Source: a virus (Duplodnaviria > Caudoviricetes). From it: DNA of 52,450 nt. The notes beneath the pieces were generated by a model, which saw only the letters and a list, made by a program, of their open reading frames with translations, was not told where the DNA came from and ran no database searches. The stretch spans positions 1 to 52,450 of IMG/VR virus record IMGVR_UViG_3300027528_000003. The stretch is one strand, 5' to 3'. The position numbers were made by a program, and so were the translations under genes. The first letter of the stretch is position 1, and the number at the start of each line of letters is the position of its first letter. Below are positions 18,039-26,087 of this stretch, one piece after another.

Positions 18039-18506
18039 CTACAGCGCTCCCGGCGCCCGCCACCAGCCCCGCCGCAGCACCAGCCGCCCGCTTTCCTCCA
18101 GGCGCAGCAGCGCGGCGTGCTGGTCGTCGTAGGAGAGCCCCGTGCCCAGGCACAGGTCCGGCACCTGCTCCACCGACACCGACCGGCCCAGCCGGTTGAT
18201 GGTGTGCATGGTGCGCTCCTCCGCGTCCCGCAGATCCACCGGCTCCGGCGGCAGGGCATGCGGCTTCCAGTGCAGGTCGAACGCCCCGTTCGCGTGCCGC
18301 GTCAGGTAGCCCCACCGTTCCAGCTCCTGGCAGCCCAGCTCGGTCTCCTGGTTGCTGCTGGACGTCCACGTCCCCAGCCCCACCGGCGGCTTCATGTGCC
18401 CGGCGGTGATCGCCGCGTCCATCCACGCGATCGCCACGTACAGGCCCTTCGCCGTCCACGACAGCTTCGGATCACTGACCGCAGGCACCTCCCGGTCACC
18501 GGCCAT
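18039..18506 (-). CDS. Winged-HTH replication-associated protein
   Basis: DPKLSWTAKGLY...QELERWGYL; lies downstream of the initiator. Confidence 0.55.
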   Translation of the reverse strand: MAGDREVPAVSDPKLSWTAKGLYVAIAWMDAAITAGHMKPPVGLGTWTSSSNQETELGCQELERWGYLTRHANGAFDLHWKPHALPPEPVDLRDAEERTMHTINRLGRSVSVEQVPDLCLGTGLSYDDQHAALLRLEESGRLVLRRGWWRAPGAL

Positions 18507-18741
18507 GAGCCCGCTCCATCTGGTTCGCGAAGTCCAGCCCCGCCACCAGTCCCGTGATCGCGTCGTGCGCGGACAGCCGCCCGCCCTCGACCTCGTCCAG
18601 GACCCGCAGCACATCGCACACCGCCGCCATCCCCGGCACCGGCAGCCGCTCCGGGAACTCCACCGTCAGCTCCCCCGACTGGAACAGCACCATCGGCAGC
18701 CCCTCACCCAGCTGATACCGCGCATACACCGGCGTCGTCAT
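18496..18741 (-). CDS. Hypothetical protein
   Basis: ATGA overlap with the initiator gene. Confidence 0.6.
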   Translation of the reverse strand: MTTPVYARYQLGEGLPMVLFQSGELTVEFPERLPVPGMAAVCDVLRVLDEVEGGRLSAHDAITGLVAGLDFANQMERAHGR

Positions 18742-19577
18742 GCCGTTCGCTCCTTCATCGCCTCACGTACCCGGGCCGCGCCCCGTATGGCTACCTCGGG
18801 CTTTGGTGCGCGGGTCTCCATGGGAACGCTAGCCAGCTCCGGCAGATACGGGTGCGACGGCGCACCGGCCGGGATTCCCCCGGGCAGCACCCGCACCCCC
18901 AGCACGACGTCTTCGTACGGGGTCGCGCGCGGACCGGTACCTGTCTCTACTACATCAGCCATGGGTTGGTAGTGAGAGGTAAAAGAGGTAGGGGCGTCAC
19001 GTGACGGGGTGTGCGCTGTCACGTGACGGGGTGTGGTGGTGTCACGTGACGGGGTGTGGCTCTGCGGCGGGGTCTCGCAGGGGCTGTCACGTGACGGGGT
19101 GTGGCTGGCACTGTCACGTGACGGGGTGTGGGCTTGGGCGGCAGCCCGCTTGACGGCGTGGTCGGCGGCGGTGCGGGCGGCGCGGGCGGCCGGGGTGAGC
19201 CGCCGGTCCGTGCGCAGGACGGCGAGACCGGTCTCCCAGTCGGGCCAGGGATTGACCAGCAGGGTGTACACCGCCGGGCCGGGGTGCTCGCCGCCGCGTG
19301 CCTTCTTGGTCAGCTCCAGCAGGCCCATGGCGACGCCCATGCGCAGCACGCGGGAGACGGTGTCCTGGGAGCAGCGGGAGCGGTCGGCGAGCCATTCGAC
19401 GGACGGGTGCGCATTTTCGCCCGTCTCATAATCCGCACACTGTGCAAGCCACATCAAAACGGACGGAACGGATGAACTCACCGCTTTCCACTCGGGCGAT
19501 TCACGAGTGGCTTTTGGGCAATCTTTGATCGCTTTGCCCAGGTTGTTGATCCACGCAGATTGGACATTGTCCGCCAT
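18738..19577 (-). CDS. Replication initiator (N-terminal wHTH)
   Basis: AHPSVEWLADRSRCSQDTVSRVL; HTPSRD peptide repeats encoded by the iterons. Confidence 0.75.
   Translation of the reverse strand: MADNVQSAWINNLGKAIKDCPKATRESPEWKAVSSSVPSVLMWLAQCADYETGENAHPSVEWLADRSRCSQDTVSRVLRMGVAMGLLELTKKARGGEHPGPAVYTLLVNPWPDWETGLAVLRTDRRLTPAARAARTAADHAVKRAAAQAHTPSRDSASHTPSRDSPCETPPQSHTPSRDTTTPRHVTAHTPSRDAPTSFTSHYQPMADVVETGTGPRATPYEDVVLGVRVLPGGIPAGAPSHPYLPELASVPMETRAPKPEVAIRGAARVREAMKERTA
18996..19130. repeat. Five 18-bp iterons (putative origin)
   Basis: GTCACGTGACGGGGTGTG at 18996, 19018, 19041, 19086 and 19113; purine-rich tract at 18970-18995. Confidence 0.85.
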
Positions 19578-19656
19578 CGAGTATTCCCCTCCGTGATGCA
19601 CAGATCACACCGCGTCCGGTTGCGTGGCAGGCGCCCGGTCGGGGTAAACTGGCATC

Positions 19657-19710
19657 ATTCGTTGGAAGGCACTGGTGATTATGGGCTGGAACCCACACCA
19701 GTGCCTTTTG
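19657..19710 (+). ncRNA. Putative antisense (copy-control) RNA in the rep leader
   Basis: TAAACT at 19645; stem AAGGCACTGGTG / CACCAGTGCCTT ending in a T4 run. Confidence 0.4.
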
Positions 19711-19863
19711 GCTTTCCTAAGCCGCCGTCAGCTTAGTGGCCTGAATCGTTGCCGCACCAAATGCGTATGGCTGGCGTGTCTTCGCTGGGTCGTGCTATAC
19801 ATCGTTTTGTTATGGTCTCGATCCGCGGATCGGCCCCTATGTCTGCAGCGGGGTGTGACCCAG

Positions 19864-19896
19864 GAGCCCCACCGGTCCACTGTGCCGGTGGGGCTC
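19864..19896 (-). terminator. Hairpin terminator
   Basis: GAGCCCCACCGG / CCGGTGGGGCTC just after the stop at 19905. Confidence 0.6.
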
Positions 19897-19904
19897 TCTG
19901 CGTC

Positions 19905-20177
19905 TCATCCGCGTGGCCGCGCCTCCGGGTCGGGGAAGGGCTCGCCGTGGCGCAGGGCGATGCGGATCGCGCAGCTGATGTCGGCGATGATCCCGTCCAC
20001 CGCCTGGTCGGCCTCGGTGGTGTCTGTACCGGTATGGGCGGAACGGTAGTCGCGATCCTGGGGGGCGCACAGTAGCTCGTCAACGACCGCCAGCAGCGCT
20101 GTACGGATGGCTCCGGGCGTGGCGGTGTTGATAAGCAGGGTGAGCCCGTGGGGGTCGTCCTGGGGCCGTATGGCCAT
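19905..20177 (-). CDS. Hypothetical protein
   Basis: AGGAG RBS, MAIRPQDD... Confidence 0.6.
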   Translation of the reverse strand: MAIRPQDDPHGLTLLINTATPGAIRTALLAVVDELLCAPQDRDYRSAHTGTDTTEADQAVDGIIADISCAIRIALRHGEPFPDPEARPRG

Positions 20178-20285
20178 ATGGTGCTCCTGGGGGGTGGGCC
20201 GTCCCCCGCGCTGGGTTCCACTCCGCGCGGGGGCCGGGGCATTCACCCGCCGCCAGGATAGGCGGCGGTACAGCACTGCGGCTGC

Positions 20286-20711
20286 TCAGGGCGGCGGGTC
20301 CACGAAGGACCGGAACTGCGCGTCGGGGCCGTCGGCGGCCAGGATCTCCGCTGCGGCGAACCGCGCGAACACGGTCTCATCCCCCCGCTCGGCGTCCACC
20401 AGTACCCGCCAGGCCTGCTCGGCGAGGTCGGGACGGACCGGCAGGCCGCGTCCCTGGGCGGCGAGTATGCACAGCTCCCCCAGGGCCTTCACGGTGGCCT
20501 GGTGCTCGGGCATGCGCAGCTCGGCCTGCATGGCCATGTGCTGGGTCAGCCGGGAGCCCAGGTAGCCGCGCAGCCACCCGGCCGTCAGGTAGTCGGCGCC
20601 GGGCGGGTGCACGGCCATGTGGTCGGCCAGGGCGGCTTCCATGAGGTGGATGTGGTCGCGGCTCAGGCACACCACCACATCCCCCGGCACGATGTCGGGC
20701 TCGTCGCTCAC
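20286..20711 (-). CDS. Hypothetical protein (N-terminus resembles 20991-21209)
   Basis: LSRDHIHLMEAAL...AGWLRGYL. Confidence 0.65.
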   Translation of the reverse strand: MSDEPDIVPGDVVVCLSRDHIHLMEAALADHMAVHPPGADYLTAGWLRGYLGSRLTQHMAMQAELRMPEHQATVKALGELCILAAQGRGLPVRPDLAEQAWRVLVDAERGDETVFARFAAAEILAADGPDAQFRSFVDPPP

Positions 20712-20998
20712 TGGTTCACCTTGCCTTTCTCTACGGCTCCGCAGGCCCGGCAGCCCGTCCACGGCCAGTACCGCGCTGTCACTTTGGGCTGCATGCCCGC
20801 CAGGGAGCCCTGGGGCTGGTCCACGGTCATGGCCAGGCGTACCCACATCCAGCCGGTGGCCTGGCAGTTGCGGCAGAACACGGCGGGGCCGCAGTCGTAC
20901 CAGAGTTCGCGGGTGAGGTTCCTGTCGGTGGGCATGCGCAGCAGGGGTCCGTGCGGGGGTGTGCGCAGCCGGTCGCTGGGACCTGGAGCCTCATGCAT
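20708..20998 (-). CDS. Hypothetical Zn-ribbon-like protein
   Basis: CRNC...CRAC; overlaps both neighbours. Confidence 0.55.
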   Translation of the reverse strand: MHEAPGPSDRLRTPPHGPLLRMPTDRNLTRELWYDCGPAVFCRNCQATGWMWVRLAMTVDQPQGSLAGMQPKVTARYWPWTGCRACGAVEKGKVNQ

Positions 20999-21209
20999 CG
21001 CGGGCCTCCTCGTACTCGCCGCGGATCTCCCTGGGCAGCGCGGCCAGGTGTCCGGCGCGGTGTTCCATCAGGTATTCCCGCAGCCAGGCGGCATCGGTGT
21101 AGGGCCAGTAGGGGCGCCCGCAGCCGGTTTCCTGCATGAAGGCCAGGGCGGCGTCCAGGGCGAGGATGTGGTCCGGGGACAGGTACACGGGGATGTCGCG
21201 GTCGTTCAT
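20991..21209 (-). CDS. Hypothetical protein
   Basis: LSPDHILALDAAL...AAWLREYL; GAGG RBS. Confidence 0.65.
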   Translation of the reverse strand: MNDRDIPVYLSPDHILALDAALAFMQETGCGRPYWPYTDAAWLREYLMEHRAGHLAALPREIRGEYEEARDA

Positions 21210-21260
21210 CGGTCCGCCTCGGGTGGGCTCATCGGCCGGCTCTTTTCTCTCGGGGGCGCG

Positions 21261-21356
21261 TGTAACACAACGCTATCACCCTTGCGGGGACGGGGCACCC
21301 TGTACGCATGGGTCCGTTTTGCCCCATCCGTCCCCGCGTGGTATGGTTGTGTTAAA
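21261..21356. promoter_or_regulatory. Divergent promoter/operator pair
   Basis: Minus strand TGATAG-CGTTGT-GTTACA; plus strand TTGCCC...TGGTATGGTTGTGTTAAA. Confidence 0.65.
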
Positions 21357-21473
21357 CAGCGACCCCGACCACAGCCACCCAGGGCGCCGACCCCTCCTGA
21401 CCGGCTGCCCCCGGCCGCCAGCGACCGGCCGGGGGTAGCCTGCCCCCCTACCAGCCCGACGAAGGAGCCCACC

Positions 21474-21725
21474 ATGACCTACACCGTGAAGTGGACGGAA
21501 GACGCCGCCGCCGCCCGCGACGCCCTCCCCGAGGACCGCCGCGCGCTCCTGGCCAAGGCCGTGGACATCCTGTCCGAGGACCCGTACGCCCCCGGCACCC
21601 ACGCCGTGGGGGACGGCGACATCCGGGTCACCAACGTTGCCCCGGGGATGGTGGTGGACTACGCGGTCCACAGCCGCTTCGTGTTCCTGTACGTGCTCCA
21701 GGTCATGGACGGAACGCTGCTGTGA
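21474..21725 (+). CDS. RelE/ParE-like protein 1
   Basis: YTVKWTEDA..ARDALPED...LSEDPY...VDYAV; 83 aa; AAGGAG RBS. Confidence 0.6.
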   Translation: MTYTVKWTEDAAAARDALPEDRRALLAKAVDILSEDPYAPGTHAVGDGDIRVTNVAPGMVVDYAVHSRFVFLYVLQVMDGTLL

Positions 21726-21806
21726 GGCCGTTCTGATCTGCGCACACCGGCCCCGGATGCCGCTCGGCTTCCGGGGCCGGGTCGTGGGCTGGGCGCTGTG
21801 TCCGTT

Positions 21807-21844
21807 TTGCCCATCTCTGTGGATGGTGATATGGTTGTGTTAAC
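21807..21844 (+). promoter_or_regulatory. Repeated promoter/operator
   Basis: TTGCCC...TGATATGGTTGTGTTAAC. Confidence 0.75.
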
Positions 21845-21888
21845 AGCGCAGGGGAGAGCCCGGCGCAGCGCCCCCCCCAGGAGCCCCG

Positions 21889-22170
21889 ATGCACGCCCAC
21901 TACTACGCCGACGCCGTGTGCACCTGCGGCGAGGACCTCCACGCCGCCCCGGTGACCGGCTATGAGGTCGGCCCGCTGCACTTCTTCATCCAGGACGGCG
22001 GCGACTTCACCCACGCCCCCTACGCCGAGGCCCCCTGCGCCACACCCACGCCGGTGCTCTGCGCGGACTGCGGCGACTCCCCCGCCACCTGGGACGAGTA
22101 CTGCGGACTGTGCCACCCGGCCGCCCTGGACGAGGCCATGCGCGAGCCCGAGTACTGGCACGACCGCTGA
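21889..22170 (+). CDS. Small Cys-rich acidic protein
   Basis: AGGAG RBS; CTC, CADC, CGLC. Confidence 0.65.
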   Translation: MHAHYYADAVCTCGEDLHAAPVTGYEVGPLHFFIQDGGDFTHAPYAEAPCATPTPVLCADCGDSPATWDEYCGLCHPAALDEAMREPEYWHDR

Positions 22171-22179
22171 GCAGCGGTT

Positions 22180-22217
22180 TTGCCCAGCCACGCAGGTCGT
22201 GATATGGTTGTGTTAAC
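22180..22217 (+). promoter_or_regulatory. Repeated promoter/operator
   Basis: TTGCCC...TGATATGGTTGTGTTAAC. Confidence 0.75.
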
Positions 22218-22257
22218 AGCGCGGGACGGGCCCGCCAGCACCCCCCAGGAGCACCCC

Positions 22258-22431
22258 ATGGACGCCGCCGCGCAGCTCGCCGAGGCCGAGGGCCACATCG
22301 CCGACCTGATGGCCATGGCCAACCGGTACGAGGCCGTCAGCGACTACGGCCTGGTCGCCTGGGCCCACCGCGAGGCCGGGTGGTGGACGGCCCGCGCCGA
22401 CACCGCGCGCCGCGCGCTGGCCGCCGCCTGA
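22258..22431 (+). CDS. Small hypothetical protein
   Basis: AGGAG RBS, own promoter. Confidence 0.65.
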   Translation: MDAAAQLAEAEGHIADLMAMANRYEAVSDYGLVAWAHREAGWWTARADTARRALAAA

Positions 22432-22448
22432 CCCACCGCCCGCCGGTT

Positions 22449-22485
22449 TTGCATTCCCCGCACCACGTGATATGGTGGTGTTAAC
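22449..22485 (+). promoter_or_regulatory. Repeated promoter/operator
   Basis: TTGCAT...TGATATGGTGGTGTTAAC. Confidence 0.75.
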
Positions 22486-22541
22486 CAGAGAGCGCGGGGG
22501 TCACCAGGACCCCCGCCAGCATCCCCCCGAGGAGCCCCCCC

Positions 22542-23225
22542 ATGGCCGCCACCCGCTACACCGTCTCCGCCACCGCCAGCTACCCCGCCAAGGCCCTGGC
22601 CCGCAAGGAGTCCGCGGTCCGCGAGGCCGACATGCGCGCCAAGGGCGACCGCGAGACCGTCACCGTCACCACCTCCTCGGGCAAGCTCGTCCACACCGCC
22701 CAGCCCCTCACCCAGCGCCCGGCGGAGATCGTCACCGTCCCCGCCGACAGCCTCAAGGCCGCACTGGTCGCCATCGCCCAGGACGCCGACGCCGAAGCCT
22801 CCCAGGTCCCCGCGACCGACGCCACCGCCGAGTGCGGGTGCCCCGTGGAGATGATCCTGGTCTCCGGCGACCACGACCCCGTGATCTGCCTGGACCTGAT
22901 CGCCGAGAAGATGCAGGCCGAAGCCGAGCAGCGGAAGGCCCTGGCCGCGCAGACCACTCAGGCCGGCACTGAGCGCCCCAGGAAGAAGAAGGCGAGCACC
23001 GCGCCTTCCGCAGGCCGCCGCGCCGCCCTGGGCGACGCCTCAGCGACGGGGTGGGAGCTGCTGTACGACAAGCCGAAGCAGAACTGCGAGGTAGGCCGCC
23101 GCGCAGGCAAGTACGCGCTGATCTGCAAGACCCACGCCCACGTGCACGAGCTGTCGCGCCTGACCGAGGAGCGCGCTGTGCGCAGCAACGGTGCCTGGTG
23201 CCCGTCGTGCACGGCCGCCGCCTGA
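22542..23225 (+). CDS. Hypothetical protein with Cys/His motifs
   Basis: GAGGAG RBS; CGC..H..C and C..H...WCPSC. Confidence 0.7.
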   Translation: MAATRYTVSATASYPAKALARKESAVREADMRAKGDRETVTVTTSSGKLVHTAQPLTQRPAEIVTVPADSLKAALVAIAQDADAEASQVPATDATAECGCPVEMILVSGDHDPVICLDLIAEKMQAEAEQRKALAAQTTQAGTERPRKKKASTAPSAGRRAALGDASATGWELLYDKPKQNCEVGRRAGKYALICKTHAHVHELSRLTEERAVRSNGAWCPSCTAAA

Positions 23226-23288
23226 CCCAACCGCACCCCCAGGGCCACACCGCACGGTGTGGCCCTGGCCCGTACCCAGGAGCAGCTC

Positions 23289-23597
23289 ATGCCCATCTAC
23301 GCGGTGTACACCGCCAATCCCGCCCTGCCCCCCGCCGACCACTCCAGCGAGGACCTGGAGTGGTTCCGGACGGTGGACCTGGCCCGCGACGAACTCAAGC
23401 GCCGCCGCCGCACCGGACGTGGCACCTTCAAGCCGGTGGCCGGGTTCGCCCACGCCTGCCACTGGCCCGACTCCACCGAGCACGCCGTGTTCGACGTGTG
23501 GGTGTGCCCGGCCGGGGAACGTCCCGACACCGCCAGCCTTCCGCACGAGCGCTGGGAGACCGGCCCCCGGGGCGGCGTCGTGCGGAGCAGGTACTGA
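23289..23597 (+). CDS. Hypothetical protein
   Basis: AGGAG RBS after a perfect hairpin; ends GPRGGVVR. Confidence 0.65.
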   Translation: MPIYAVYTANPALPPADHSSEDLEWFRTVDLARDELKRRRRTGRGTFKPVAGFAHACHWPDSTEHAVFDVWVCPAGERPDTASLPHERWETGPRGGVVRSRY

Positions 23598-23923
23598 TGG
23601 CCGACCCGGCCCAGGGCCTGGACTGGGTACCGGTCACGCTGCTGGTCGGCGGCGTGGAAGGGCAGATCGGCGCGATCAGGGTCGGCCAGGGCGGCACCAT
23701 GGCCGCCCTGGCCGATCTGCTGCGCAGCGCCGCCGACCGGTTCGAGCACGGAGAGAGAGAGCCGATGACCACCGAGACCACCGAGACGTTCGAGGAGCGG
23801 GCGGTGCGGATCGCCGCGAGCCTGCCACCGAAGGAGAAGTGCGGCGCGCCTACCGCGCGCGGCGGCCGGTGCAAGCTGGACGCCCGGCCGTCGGGCCGGT
23901 GCACCCGCCACGGAGGTGTGTGA
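23597..23923 (+). CDS. Hypothetical protein with C-terminal CGA..C..C..HGG Zn motif
   Basis: KCGAPTARGGRC...GRCTRHGG; TGATG coupling. Confidence 0.6.
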   Translation: MADPAQGLDWVPVTLLVGGVEGQIGAIRVGQGGTMAALADLLRSAADRFEHGEREPMTTETTETFEERAVRIAASLPPKEKCGAPTARGGRCKLDARPSGRCTRHGGV

Positions 23924-24120
23924 TGGCCCCTGGCCACCGCACCAGCCCCGAGGACGCCGTGCGCCGGATGCGTCTGATCGCGGCGGCGGTCCGGTCCGGC
24001 GGGGACGGCTCCTACGAGCAGGAGCTGTGCGAGCTGTTCACCTACGTTGACCACCACATCCTGAACGGCGGCCGAATCCCCCGCGTATGGGGCGGCCCTG
24101 ACACCCGCAGGGGGAGCTGA
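23923..24120 (+). CDS. Hypothetical protein
   Basis: TGATG coupling on both sides. Confidence 0.6.
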   Translation: MAPGHRTSPEDAVRRMRLIAAAVRSGGDGSYEQELCELFTYVDHHILNGGRIPRVWGGPDTRRGS

Positions 24121-24461
24121 TGAGCATCCGCCCGTACTACAGCCAGGACGGAGTCCCCCGCATCACCGTCCGCGTGGAACACCGCTTCTCTCTGGACCGC
24201 CTCGCGATGATCCTGTGCGCGGCCGTCGCCGACGAGGACCTGGCGGACATCCTCAAGCTCGGGCCGCCCAAGGTCCGCGAGCTGATCCGCGAGCAGCTGC
24301 GCACCCACGGCCTGGACATCGACGGCTGGGCGGACGGCCTGGACTACGTCGAGACCGAATACGTCCGCAGCGCCTGCAAGGTAAAGACCACCCTCGCGTT
24401 CCCCGAACTTGCCGAGCTGACCGGCGCCTCCCGCGCCAACGCCAGGAAGGACTACCTGTGA
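24120..24461 (+). CDS. Hypothetical protein
   Basis: GGAG RBS, coupled to neighbours. Confidence 0.65.
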   Translation: MSIRPYYSQDGVPRITVRVEHRFSLDRLAMILCAAVADEDLADILKLGPPKVRELIREQLRTHGLDIDGWADGLDYVETEYVRSACKVKTTLAFPELAELTGASRANARKDYL

Positions 24462-24733
24462 CCGTCTACCGGCTCACCTACACCGAGGAAGCCGCCGCGA
24501 CCCGCGACGCGCTGCCGCCGGAGCGCCGCCGCCTGTTCGAGCGGGCGGCGGCCGTGCTGGCGCGGGACCCCTACAACACCCTCGGCACGGCTGCGCTTTC
24601 CTCCCAGGAGGAGCGCAAGGCGTACCTCGCTCCGGGGCTGATGGTCGAGTACTACGTACGCCGCAGCGTGCTGGTGATCATCGTGTTTGAGGTCTTCGAC
24701 GAGTCCGGGTATCTGACGGACGAAGGAGCGTGA
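24458..24733 (+). CDS. RelE/ParE-like protein 2 (paralogue of 21474-21725)
   Basis: YRLTYTEEAAATRDALPPE...LARDPY...APGLMVEYYV. Confidence 0.6.
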   Translation: MTVYRLTYTEEAAATRDALPPERRRLFERAAAVLARDPYNTLGTAALSSQEERKAYLAPGLMVEYYVRRSVLVIIVFEVFDESGYLTDEGA

Positions 24734-24918
24734 CGCGTACATGCGTAACGGTCTGCGCAGATGAATGACAGGCTGGCTGTCCCGCCGGGGCAGACTGGTG
24801 CGGGATGAGTGCAGTTCAGGGCCCTGGGGCAACCCGGGGCCCTTTCATCTGCGCAGATCGGTTTGTATGGACCTACCCCCCTGCGCGAGCGTTGTGTTGC
24901 AGCCCCGCCCGCGCAGAG

Positions 24919-24970
24919 CGATATGGTTGTGTTGCACGAATGTCCGGTATGGGGTTATGGTGAGGTTTCA
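24919..24970 (+). promoter_or_regulatory. Tandem operator/promoter sites
   Basis: CGATAT-GGTTGT-GTTGCA and GGTTAT-GGTGAG-GTTTCA. Confidence 0.6.
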
Positions 24971-25014
24971 TTCCCCACCGGCCGGACACCGGCCCCCACC
25001 CAGGAGCAGCCCCC

Positions 25015-25356
25015 ATGACCACCCAGCCCCCCAACGCACCCGCCCCCGCCAAGCAGCCCTTCGGCACCAGGCTCCGCGCCCAGATCGCCGAGATGTCCGC
25101 CGCTGCGGCACCGGCCCCGGCTCAGGCGGCACCACCCCCCGCCGCCACCAGCTACACCCTGCCCGACGGGCAGGCCGTCATCATCAACAACAACGTGGCC
25201 GCCTCCGCCTCCGCCGGATTCGGCTACCCGGGGTGGCACCGGTGCCCGCGTCAGCAGTCCCCCGGGGTGCACGCCATGCTCTTCCTGTTCACTGCCGGGA
25301 TGGGCAACCTGTTCTACAGCGCGTACAAGTCCTCGCGCCGGTGCCGCTTCCACTAA
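25015..25356 (+). CDS. Small membrane protein
   Basis: VIINNN...HAMLFLFTAGMGNLFY. Confidence 0.65.
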   Translation: MTTQPPNAPAPAKQPFGTRLRAQIAEMSAAAAPAPAQAAPPPAATSYTLPDGQAVIINNNVAASASAGFGYPGWHRCPRQQSPGVHAMLFLFTAGMGNLFYSAYKSSRRCRFH

Positions 25357-25364
25357 CCTCCGCA

Positions 25365-25382
25365 TGATATGGTGAAGTTTCA
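25365..25382 (+). promoter_or_regulatory. 18-bp operator-like site
   Basis: TGATAT-GGTGAA-GTTTCA. Confidence 0.65.
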
Positions 25383-25413
25383 TACGTCACCGTACGGAGA
25401 GGAGGACCCCCGC

Positions 25414-25986
25414 ATGCCAGCGACGCTGCACGGCGGCGACATCAACGCCCGAACCCGCCGCTTCCTGACTCTGGAGGAGTCCTGCGAGTCCATCGGCATC
25501 AGCCGCGTGATGGGCTGGCGTCTGCAGAAGGAACACGCCTGGCCCACGCCGGACGTGCACATCGCCCCCAACAGCGACGGCTGGGACGCCAAGCGCATCC
25601 TCCAGTACGCCCGCGACACCGGCCGCATGAACGCCCGGGGCGAGCACACCCGCGCCGCCGAAGGCTCCATGGCGTTCGCCGCCGCCATCGTGGACCGCTC
25701 CTACCACGCCCGGCCCCGCATCCTGCTCGGGTCCACGGTGTGCTCCGCCGCCTGGGGAATGAACCCGCTGGGCGTGTACCACCTGCGCCGCCGGTCCAAC
25801 TTCATCCCCGCAGCAGTCCGCGTCGGGGAAGGATTCGGCTGGGAGGAATGGGACGTGATCGAGTACGGCCTCCAGACCGGCCGCCTGGACCCGGACCGCA
25901 TCCAGACCTGGCTGGAGCGCCGCACCGCCGACTACCCCAGCCTCGGCGAACCCACCTGGCTGGACAAGATCAAGGCAGCGGCCTGA
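25414..25986 (+). CDS. Tandem AlpA/Xis-like wHTH protein (candidate regulator)
   Basis: Two repeats ending GWDAKRILQYARDTGR and GWEEWDVIEYGLQTGR; GAGGAGG RBS. Confidence 0.6.
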   Translation: MPATLHGGDINARTRRFLTLEESCESIGISRVMGWRLQKEHAWPTPDVHIAPNSDGWDAKRILQYARDTGRMNARGEHTRAAEGSMAFAAAIVDRSYHARPRILLGSTVCSAAWGMNPLGVYHLRRRSNFIPAAVRVGEGFGWEEWDVIEYGLQTGRLDPDRIQTWLERRTADYPSLGEPTWLDKIKAAA

Positions 25987-26087
25987 CGACACGCTAACGG
26001 GCGCACCCCCCACACGACCCCAGCCCGGAGACAGTGGGAGGCACGCCCGACGACCGACCAATCACCCTGCCCCGAGAAGGAACCACG

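Noticed and set aside
18996-19130. Iteron cluster as a mini-CRISPR
   Set aside because: Spacers are only 4-27 bp and irregular, and the repeats lie inside the initiator gene
21311-22485. Repeated GATATGGTTGTGTTAAC as CRISPR repeats or attC sites
   Set aside because: Spaced by whole genes and shaped like -35/-10 promoters; no integron integrase present
24752-24858. Hammerhead ribozyme
   Set aside because: The CUGANGA and GAAA core is absent in the required arrangement
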